A stretch of 17,010 bases of DNA from Candidatus Thorarchaeota archaeon (GCA_048884965.1 JBHLQH010000053.1:1-17010); one strand, 5' to 3'; positions 8,680 through 15,786 are shown, counted from the first letter of the stretch. Program-made: numbers and translations. Notes: generated by a model from the letters alone, not told the origin.

Positions 8680-9774
8680 TTATACTATCTTTCGAACAGG
8701 AAGAGAAATCACGAAACCAGCTCCCTTTCCTTTCATAGATTCCTTCAGCTCGATAGACCCATCCACGATTCTAAGAACCTCGCGGCAAAGATAAAGACCG
8801 TATCCGCCTCCCGTTGTTGAGACCCCTCTTTCGAATATCCTATCTCTTACAGAAGATGAGATACCCGGTCCATCGTCTTGAATCTCTATCCTAACCTGAT
8901 TACTCTCTATCTTGCCAATGATTTCTATCATGGCTTTCGATCCTGCATACGTAGCCGCGTTCCTAAAGAGATTATCAAACACAAGTGGTAATAGCCTATT
9001 GAAGGGGATTTCAACACCCTCAAGTCTTTCGATGTTCCTAATAATATTCAATTCTGGATAGATCTTTTTTGCCCGTTCGACCGATTCATTGATTATTCTC
9101 GTGATTTCGGTTTCAGGAGTAGTAGAACCCTTTCCAAGCACTGATAGGAGGTTAATCATTCTATCACAGATTGCCTCAGCTGTGACTACAAATTCATGGA
9201 GTTCAGTTGAATCGTCTGAGAGAATGATCTTTATGAGATCGATGTTGGTCAAGATCAGCCCTATATCGTTCTTGAGGTCATGTCGCATTAGAGAGGCAAA
9301 CAGTTCAAGCTCCTTGGTCTGCCTCCGCTGAGTTTCTAATAACCAGACTCGCTCAAGATGAGCCTGAAGATCAAGAGTGATGGTAGAGAAGAATGCTTCC
9401 TCATCATCAGACAGGATCTGCTTTTCCTTTATATCCATGAATCCCAATTCGATAAAGACATCATCGATATCATGCGGAGCGACTTTCTTTCGAATGGTGG
9501 AAAGTGCTCTTGAGAAGTCATCCGTTTCATATACTGAGTCTAGTATCTTCACCCTACAAGATATTGAATCGGGATTGTGAAATCCTTCAAGTGCCATGTG
9601 GATAAATAACGTCATTGCGTCATCAAGAGAAGAACGATGGTCGGACAAAGCCTTGCTTATGTTTCGCAAGACTACCATCTGGTGAGAGATTTTCTGTAGT
9701 CTTCTATAAGACTGATCTAGATCACCATGATCCTTGTCTTGTTCAGATGGCATCGAACTATCCACCACCCCCAC
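8680..9774 (-). CDS. Cytoplasmic sensor histidine kinase (GAF-like N-terminal region)
   Basis: H-box RHDLKND, N-box NLFRNAATY, G1 QDDGPGI, F-box IFERG, G2 GGGYGL; probable start ATG 9753 after GGTGG. Confidence 0.92.
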   Translation of the reverse strand: MGVVDSSMPSEQDKDHGDLDQSYRRLQKISHQMVVLRNISKALSDHRSSLDDAMTLFIHMALEGFHNPDSISCRVKILDSVYETDDFSRALSTIRKKVAPHDIDDVFIELGFMDIKEKQILSDDEEAFFSTITLDLQAHLERVWLLETQRRQTKELELFASLMRHDLKNDIGLILTNIDLIKIILSDDSTELHEFVVTAEAICDRMINLLSVLGKGSTTPETEITRIINESVERAKKIYPELNIIRNIERLEGVEIPFNRLLPLVFDNLFRNAATYAGSKAMIEIIGKIESNQVRIEIQDDGPGISSSVRDRIFERGVSTTGGGYGLYLCREVLRIVDGSIELKESMKGKGAGFVISLPVRKIV

Positions 9775-9848
9775 GTAGATTTATCTTTCCCTAATTGAGT
9801 TAAGAGTCTATATCGTTTCTATTCACGACGTGGTGTGGAGTGTAGCAC

Positions 9849-11078
9849 ATGAAGACTGACGACTATGCAAATCAATCCAACGAGAAGATGCTCTTCTTAT
9901 ACAACAAGTTGACTGGGATGGCTCCTTACACTCATGAATTTGTCCCTGGACATCTCGACTCACAGATGCTTTCTGGCTTTGTTTCAGCGATGTCTAGCTT
10001 TATGGAAGAGATGACAGGCGCAGAGCAGCATCAGTGGAAGACTGTGTATGGCAGTGACACTATACTACTAGTTGAGGCTTCTGATTGGATGGTGAGTGTC
10101 TTAGCAGTAGTTCAGGAAACCCGGGAGTATAGGAGCAAGCTTAGACGCATCGTGAAGGAATATGAGCAAGCATTTGCCCATCTCAAGAATGCCGATGGAA
10201 TTGAAGGAGGGATATTTAATGAATTCGACAAATATGTCCAAAGAGTATTCGTAGGGGACAAACTGAATGAGAGAACCCTCATCTTGAAAGGAGATGATTG
10301 TATGGAACTCCTTACTTCAATGGAGGGAAAACCTTGCTCCTCTGAGTTCAACTCGTTTCTTACAAAAGTATCTGATGGGCAGACGATACAAGAATATATC
10401 ATAGAAAGTGATTCTGACTCAACCTTGGTAAAGGAACTGATCTCGGAGGCAGTTTGGCGAAATCTATTGTACTTGCATTTCATCCCTATGGATAATGATA
10501 TCATGGAACTATCAACTGGCTCTTCGAGCATCATATTCTCATCTGAGAATCCACTTCAAATCCCTCATCAATCCCTTGAAGTCATCACCGCACTGGATGG
10601 ACGAAAGCCACTCCTTCAGTTCATTGGTGGTCTTAGCACGAGCAAAAATGAACGACTTATCATTGATCTTGGCAATCTCTGCAACCTAGGGTACCTCTCC
10701 AGAGTGCCTATCGAACAGAAATTCCTTTTATTGAATGAATGCATTTTGACTCGTTTTTATCTGAAAATGAAAGACGCGTTGGATGAAGAAACAGTTACTT
10801 CTCTTTTTACGGATGTACGATCAAAAGTAATCAAAGCACACTCATGGGCCGGCCGAATCAATCTGGAGGGCGATGGTCGAATCAAGACCTATTTCGAGTC
10901 AACAGCAACTCCTCACGATCTCGAGATGATCTCAGATGCTTTGGATGCGCACTTGTTGGAAAGTGTAACTGCTTGTTCTGAGAAACTTGGACTGACAGAA
11001 GTGAAGCGGATTTTGCATGAATGCACTAATGCGTGCAACAACGACTGGAGGGATTTCTTTGATGATGTGCTATTATAG
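9849..11078 (+). CDS. Longin-domain protein with C-terminal winged-helix-like repeats (NPRL2-like architecture)
   Basis: N-terminal ~135 aa has the longin pattern LFLYN..G...Y....LDSQMLSGFVSAMSSFMEEM...LLVE...LRRIVKEYEQAF; later SDGQTIQEYI and LDGRKPL wHTH-like motifs; GGAG SD. Confidence 0.7.
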   Translation: MKTDDYANQSNEKMLFLYNKLTGMAPYTHEFVPGHLDSQMLSGFVSAMSSFMEEMTGAEQHQWKTVYGSDTILLVEASDWMVSVLAVVQETREYRSKLRRIVKEYEQAFAHLKNADGIEGGIFNEFDKYVQRVFVGDKLNERTLILKGDDCMELLTSMEGKPCSSEFNSFLTKVSDGQTIQEYIIESDSDSTLVKELISEAVWRNLLYLHFIPMDNDIMELSTGSSSIIFSSENPLQIPHQSLEVITALDGRKPLLQFIGGLSTSKNERLIIDLGNLCNLGYLSRVPIEQKFLLLNECILTRFYLKMKDALDEETVTSLFTDVRSKVIKAHSWAGRINLEGDGRIKTYFESTATPHDLEMISDALDAHLLESVTACSEKLGLTEVKRILHECTNACNNDWRDFFDDVLL

Positions 11079-11214
11079 AATTGGAATGAATTGCTCCAAG
11101 GACCACCTAGAACGTTCCACCATCAGGTTCCGATGATTGCTTTTGAAATGCCTTATGCCTCAATGCAGTTAGCCTGATACACAATATACGCTTAATACTC
11201 CCTTTAAACGCGGA

Positions 11215-13674
11215 TTGAACTTAACATTGTTAATGGTGATTGGTGTGAACTTCAGCTATCGACCGTTAGTGGTATTTGCTATTCTCTTCTGTGTTGCATC
11301 CATACCGATGCATTCAGGCTCATTCAACGCAAACCTATCTGCAAATCAAGAAGGTGGGCCAGAATTAATCTCAACTTCAACGATTTGTCATTACGCTGAT
11401 GGCTCTCACAAAGAAATAGGACAATCTGAGAAGGCACTGAGTGCAATCGATACGACTCCTCCTCTAAGCCGGAATACAATGGTGATCAGCCCAATGGAAG
11501 AAATCGCTATCATTGACTATGTTACCGGTGGCAATTCTATCCCTTATGTCCTAGACGATGCGTATGAGTCATTTGAAAGATCGGCAGCCCTTGATAGTCC
11601 CGATGTCTATCATGCTATAGTATCTGGGAATTTTGGTACTGACGAATACGATGAAATCTTAGTCTTTAGTGGATTTGGTGGTATTACTATTTATGACGAT
11701 GCAGTGCATTCGTATCCCAAGATCTTGGATAAGGGGTACGGTGTTGATAGCACTCCCAAGGTCCTCACTGCTGATGTAGACGGTGATTATATAGATGAGA
11801 TATTGCTGCTGACAATTGCCGATGCTGTCATGGGAAGCACACTCAAAGTATCCCTGATTGATGATATCTTTGATGATTCTAGTTATACAGTGTCTTGGTC
11901 TCATGCGATTACTGATTGGGTTCTGGGTTCTAGCGAAGCTAATTTTGCAGCTGGGAATCTCGATTCTGATATCCATGAAGAGATTGTTGTAGTGGCTGAT
12001 GATACCGGTGGACATTCGGCTTGGATCTTGGATTATGGCTCAGGTGCCATGGTCTCATACGAACTATCTGGAACTGGATTCACTCCTACTCTGGCAATTG
12101 GTAACTTTGATTATGACCCCCGATTCGAGATTGCGATTTCAGCTGGCTCTCATACTAGTGGTCAGAATGTTTACATTCTTGATGATATAGACTCGGGTCT
12201 AAATATAATTGCATCCGATCTGGGAATCATGAATCTTTACAAAGCCCAAATCGCTGCTGGCCAACTCGATGCTGACTATTGCGATGAGCTTGTGACATTT
12301 GGTCTGGTACCAGATGATTATGATGAGTATCAAGGTTACGTCATTGACGATTTTTCCAATCCTACGTATCCAAAGAATTGGTCCGTGGGAGAGTTTGATG
12401 CCGAGTACTTGGGCATGGGTGATGTAGATTGTGATGGGATGGATGAGATAGCGATGTCACACAAGCTTGGTACCACCTACATTCTAGATGATTCGCTTAG
12501 CAACTATACTGTCCTACTGGAGAATTCAAATGTTGCAGGAATCTTCTCTTTTGGAGAGTTTGACTGCGACGGCGTGAAGGTGGGGTACACCGGTGCATAC
12601 CAAGATAACCTAGGACCTCCAGGTGTAATGCTTGCTATGGCATCTCCCCCAACCTATCCTGATGATTATCAGGTCGCTGGGAGCTATACGGCATTTGGGC
12701 AGCAGACCAGTGTAGGATCAACAGAAACAAATTGGATGGGGCTTAGAGTCAGTGTTACAGTGTCCTACGAAACTGGGGATCCATTCTCGCTCTTTAAGGC
12801 AAAATTCAGTGCGACATTCAGCTCAGAGTTCAAAAAGACGCAGTCTGTAACATCAGTTGAAACCCAAGAGATCTCATTTCGAAATGGCGTTGAATCTGAT
12901 GCAGTGATCTATGAAACGACTTGGTATCGATCATTCATCTACGAGATTCTAATCCATCCCACATCTCCTGAGCGAGAAGGACAGAATATGACAATCGATA
13001 TCCCCTATGAAACGAACGTTTTCAAAAGCGATCTTATTTGGTTTAATGAGCATTTTGCAAATTCAACTAATGGGGGGATTAGTCCTTTCCAACACGAATT
13101 AGGTCACCCAGAAACCTACACTTCCAAGATGGAGATGGAGTCGATGTCCGAAGATATGCTCCAATCTCAGCAACAAACGATTGGAAACGCCAATGGCTAC
13201 AATATCGTAACGATGCGCTTGGATGAAATGACCTCTTCTGAGTCGAGCTATGAAGTAGGTATGGATGTAGCTGTTGGTGCATCAATTGGAGGCCTTGGGC
13301 TTGAGGTAAGCTTTGGAGTTTTTGGCGGGTATGCATATGCTATCGAATATGGACAAGGAGTTGTATACGAGGGAGCTATCGGTGATGTTGTTGATAGTGA
13401 CGAATGGATGCATCTGAACTTCCGATGGGGTCTCTTTGTGTACAATAAGACGGATGATCCGAGCGGAATTCTCTATCAGGTGATTGATTACTATCAAGAT
13501 GGAGCACAACCACTAAATCCCTCTCTCTTTGCAAATCCACTCATTTACCTACGTGACTTGATACGCAATCCTACAGAAACAATCCAACGTTACCCTCTTG
13601 AATTTGCCACACTAGTAGGCGGAATAGCTGCCGTTATCATCGTAGTTGTCCTCCTAGCTAAACGATTGCGATAG
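11215..13674 (+). CDS. Cell-surface FG-GAP/VCBS-repeat beta-propeller protein with Ser/Thr-rich beta domain and C-terminal TM anchor
   Basis: Signal-like N-terminus (likely start GTG 11245 after GGTGA); seven acidic repeats GNFGTDEYDEI, ADVDGDYIDEI, GNLDSDIHEEI, GNFDYDPRFEI, GQLDADYCDEL, GDVDCDGMDEI, GEFDCDG; C-terminal FATLVGGIAAVIIVVVLLAKRLR. Confidence 0.85.
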   Translation: MNLTLLMVIGVNFSYRPLVVFAILFCVASIPMHSGSFNANLSANQEGGPELISTSTICHYADGSHKEIGQSEKALSAIDTTPPLSRNTMVISPMEEIAIIDYVTGGNSIPYVLDDAYESFERSAALDSPDVYHAIVSGNFGTDEYDEILVFSGFGGITIYDDAVHSYPKILDKGYGVDSTPKVLTADVDGDYIDEILLLTIADAVMGSTLKVSLIDDIFDDSSYTVSWSHAITDWVLGSSEANFAAGNLDSDIHEEIVVVADDTGGHSAWILDYGSGAMVSYELSGTGFTPTLAIGNFDYDPRFEIAISAGSHTSGQNVYILDDIDSGLNIIASDLGIMNLYKAQIAAGQLDADYCDELVTFGLVPDDYDEYQGYVIDDFSNPTYPKNWSVGEFDAEYLGMGDVDCDGMDEIAMSHKLGTTYILDDSLSNYTVLLENSNVAGIFSFGEFDCDGVKVGYTGAYQDNLGPPGVMLAMASPPTYPDDYQVAGSYTAFGQQTSVGSTETNWMGLRVSVTVSYETGDPFSLFKAKFSATFSSEFKKTQSVTSVETQEISFRNGVESDAVIYETTWYRSFIYEILIHPTSPEREGQNMTIDIPYETNVFKSDLIWFNEHFANSTNGGISPFQHELGHPETYTSKMEMESMSEDMLQSQQQTIGNANGYNIVTMRLDEMTSSESSYEVGMDVAVGASIGGLGLEVSFGVFGGYAYAIEYGQGVVYEGAIGDVVDSDEWMHLNFRWGLFVYNKTDDPSGILYQVIDYYQDGAQPLNPSLFANPLIYLRDLIRNPTETIQRYPLEFATLVGGIAAVIIVVVLLAKRLR

Positions 13675-13730
13675 AGTACTTCAGGGAAGTCCATCTAGCC
13701 TATATCGAGTATAGTTTAAGAGATACGAAC

Positions 13731-13768
13731 GTGCCCAGTCCTTAGCAGGCTGGGTATCTCCTTCTTTT
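13731..13768 (+). terminator. Hairpin + pyrimidine tract between convergent genes
   Basis: GTGCCCAGTC-cttagca-GGCTGGGTAT 10-bp stem (3 G-U) followed by CTCCTTCTTTT. Confidence 0.55.
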
Positions 13769-13798
13769 CGAATATATTGTGATAAGAAAAAGAAGTAA

Positions 13799-14749
13799 TC
13801 ATCTCGCTCCAGTGTGCCTATGCATGACTTCGAGATTCTTCCTCGCCGACTCGTTGTCAGGATCCAATCTGATTGCTTGTTGAAATGATGAGATCGCATC
13901 ATCATAGTTCTTCATTCTGGCATAGGTTATCCCCATCTTGATGAATATGGCTGGATTCTCAGGGGTCAGTTCGATTGCCTTGCTTAGGGCAGAGAGTGAG
14001 TCCTTGTTCTTCCCCCGTTGTCCCAATATCTGACCCAGAGTTATCCACCCCTCAGAATATGAGTTGTTGATTTGGACTGCTCTCTTCGCAGCCTTCTCAG
14101 CCTTACCCAGCTTTTCAGCTTTTAGTAGAGCTGTTGCCAGCAGGTTCAGCGCCTCACAGTCTTCGCCATTTGATTTCAAGCAATCATTCAGGGCATTGAT
14201 CGCTGCCTCATAGTCTCCATCGTTCATCAATCCTCTTGCCACTTCGAAAACGGACTCAGCCTTCGTTGGTTGCAGTGATACAGATTGTCTAAAGGCTTGA
14301 TCACTCTTCTCAATTCTATCCGTTGACAGATAGAGCAAACCAAGGCTCTTGTATGCCTCTGATTTGGACCTGTCCAAACGAAGGGCTTTTTTCAGCGCCT
14401 CTTCAGCTTCTTCATAGTCCTCCTTTCCGCGAAGATACTCTCCTAACTCGTACCATGCTTGGGAATCGTTCTCATCCTTTTTGATTCTCTTTCGAATTTC
14501 CTTTTCTGGATCTATCGCTTTCTTCTTTGGTTTAAGCTTCTCCGGAGATGCCTTTACTTTTTCTTTGGCGGGTTTCTTCGCTACAGATGCTTTCGATGTC
14601 TTCTCGATTGGCTTCTTTGTCTTCACTTTCTGTTCAGATGTTTCCTTTTGCTTTTTGGGAGTTTTCTTTGCTTGTTCCTTCTCTTTACCAGCTTTCTTCT
14701 TTGGCGTTGACTCACTCGTTGATATAATGAACGCCTCCTTCTGTTGCAA
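13799..14749 (-). CDS. Tetratricopeptide repeat protein with Lys/Glu-rich disordered N-terminus
   Basis: About 6 TPR units (AWYELGEYL...EAEEALKKALRLD, AYKSLGLLYL, GWITLGQIL...KAIELTP, FIKMGITY...QQAIRLDP); N-terminal ~80 aa low-complexity K/E/P. Confidence 0.92.
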   Translation of the reverse strand: MQQKEAFIISTSESTPKKKAGKEKEQAKKTPKKQKETSEQKVKTKKPIEKTSKASVAKKPAKEKVKASPEKLKPKKKAIDPEKEIRKRIKKDENDSQAWYELGEYLRGKEDYEEAEEALKKALRLDRSKSEAYKSLGLLYLSTDRIEKSDQAFRQSVSLQPTKAESVFEVARGLMNDGDYEAAINALNDCLKSNGEDCEALNLLATALLKAEKLGKAEKAAKRAVQINNSYSEGWITLGQILGQRGKNKDSLSALSKAIELTPENPAIFIKMGITYARMKNYDDAISSFQQAIRLDPDNESARKNLEVMHRHTGAR

Positions 14750-14844
14750 ATACTAAATCTCCTTTAACGCATCAGCATCAGATATCTGTTTCCAACTCGC
14801 TGATTTAGAGATTAAGTACGAATCGCCACCCTTTGTATGACGTT

Positions 14845-14872
14845 AATATATTTAAGATAAATATTTAAGATG
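14845..14872. promoter_or_regulatory. Back-to-back AT-rich promoter region with 11-bp direct repeat
   Basis: ATATTTAAGAT at 14848-14858 and 14861-14871; TATA-like on both strands between the divergent TPR gene and the microprotein cluster. Confidence 0.55.
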
Positions 14873-14930
14873 TAATATGTCAGACTATTACCACGCGAAT
14901 CGAAAATTTCGCATATGAACGGTGTTCGCA

Positions 14931-15041
14931 ATGACAAATCTAGAACGGAGAACAAACTCCAAAGTGAAGGATCTAGACAGGCGTCTTCGAACTAAGGGGA
15001 ACCTGTACCAAGACTACCTTGATGAAGGAGGACGGAACTGA
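14931..15041 (+). CDS. Microprotein 1 (36 aa) MTNLERRTNSKVKDLDRRLRTKGNLYQDYLDEGGRN
   Basis: ATG 14931 with GGTG 6 nt upstream; stop TGA overlaps next ATG (TGATG); 3' end embeds the GGAGG SD of the next ORF. Confidence 0.6.
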   Translation: MTNLERRTNSKVKDLDRRLRTKGNLYQDYLDEGGRN

Positions 15042-15154
15042 TGGCCCTCGCTAAGAGCGAGCGGGTCGAGTCAGACGTGAAGATGAACAACAAGTTGGCC
15101 GAGGTCCAATCGACCAAAGCCCTTGCACGCGCATACCTATACAAACAGGTGTAG
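15041..15154 (+). CDS. Microprotein 2 (37 aa) MALAKSERVESDVKMNNKLAEVQSTKALARAYLYKQV
   Basis: AAGGAGG SD upstream, TGATG coupling, TAG stop; similar to microprotein 3. Confidence 0.72.
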   Translation: MALAKSERVESDVKMNNKLAEVQSTKALARAYLYKQV

Positions 15155-15172
15155 AAAAGGAGGTGTATAGAA

Positions 15173-15271
15173 TTGGCAGAGGAAAAGATTCACAGGGAGA
15201 TCAAGCACAAAGGTCCGCATAAGAAGATCTGTTGTGAGGCAATCGCTCACGCATACCAGTATCGCAGGTAG
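15173..15271 (+). CDS. Microprotein 3 (32 aa) MAEEKIHREIKHKGPHKKICCEAIAHAYQYRR
   Basis: Strong SD AGGAGGTG at 15158-15165, 7 nt before TTG; TAG stop; similar to microprotein 2. Confidence 0.72.
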   Translation: MAEEKIHREIKHKGPHKKICCEAIAHAYQYRR

Positions 15272-15274
15272 ACC

Positions 15275-15394
15275 ATGATGACCGACGAAAGCGTCGTTGA
15301 CACGCCTAGAACAAAAGCCGGTGAAATTGATCTTCAAGACGGCAACCTTCGAGCTCTTTCATTGATTGATGTGCTCGCGTTGGAAGCTACGTGA
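15275..15394 (+). CDS. Microprotein 4 (39 aa) MMTDESVVDTPRTKAGEIDLQDGNLRALSLIDVLALEAT
   Basis: ATGATG 3 nt after the previous stop, AGGT SD-like upstream, TGA stop directly followed by a T-tract. Confidence 0.55.
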   Translation: MMTDESVVDTPRTKAGEIDLQDGNLRALSLIDVLALEAT

Positions 15395-15412
15395 GCCTTC
15401 CTACTCTTTTTT
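15382..15412 (+). terminator. Weak hairpin + oligo-T terminator closing the microprotein cluster
   Basis: GGAAGCT-acgtg-AGCCTTCC then TACTCTTTTTT. Confidence 0.5.
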
Positions 15413-15545
15413 GAATGCAAACATTCCGATAGTATCAATACAAAGTTAGTTCATATTCAAATTGCATTCTAAACAATTACCGAATGTTGTATTGTGAAAA
15501 ACATCACGATGCATATTCTCTCCCCAAAATGAGGGATGTCATAAA

Positions 15546-15734
15546 TTGGCAGAGAAAGTAAGTAAATCAGACAAAATTAAGGCTGACCAGAAAGCCTGGA
15601 AGGCCGGTGTAGCCGCCATTGCAAAGTACAAGTTCATTACTGCAGACGAGAAGACAGCAATGGCCGCAAAGTATGACGCTCAGTTCAAAGCCTTGTTGGA
15701 TGCTGAGAAAGCAAAGGCCAAGAAAAAGAAGTAA
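15546..15734 (+). CDS. Small basic Lys/Ala-rich helical protein (62 aa)
   Basis: TTG start with GAGGG upstream, 17 K and 16 A of 62 residues, strong terminator downstream. Confidence 0.8.
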   Translation: MAEKVSKSDKIKADQKAWKAGVAAIAKYKFITADEKTAMAAKYDAQFKALLDAEKAKAKKKK

Positions 15735-15751
15735 TATACGTACTTCAACTA

Positions 15752-15786
15752 AGTCGGACTAGAGTAGTCCGACTCTCTTCTTTTTT
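15752..15786 (+). terminator. Strong hairpin + T-tract terminator
   Basis: AGTCGGACTA-gag-TAGTCCGACT perfect 10-bp stem followed by CTCTTCTTTTTT. Confidence 0.8.

Noticed and set aside
13700-13801. Selenocysteine readthrough of TGA stops (TPR gene; also microproteins 1 and 4)
   Set aside because: No Cys-equivalent context or recognisable SECIS; the stops fall at natural ends or overlap the next start
933-13905. Other short ORFs nested in or antisense to long genes
   Set aside because: No recognisable motifs; overlap well-supported CDSs
14459-14756. Phe/Leu-rich + strand ORFs (83 and 91 aa)
   Set aside because: Antisense artefacts of the Lys/Glu-rich TPR N-terminus
15275-15300. Box C-like ATGATGA plus hairpin CGACG-aaag-CGTCG (C/D sRNA, k-turn or hammerhead)
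   Set aside because: No CTGA box D with closing stem and no complete hammerhead core; ATGATG is the start of microprotein 4
15176-15330. RNase P RNA-like words (GAGGAAAAG ... AGAACAAAAGCCGG)
   Set aside because: Span too short, no P4 complementarity visible, and SD-led ORF tiling explains the region better
15137-15337. 66-aa minus-strand ORF from the track
   Set aside because: Antisense shadow of microproteins 2-4, which have stronger SD and coupling support
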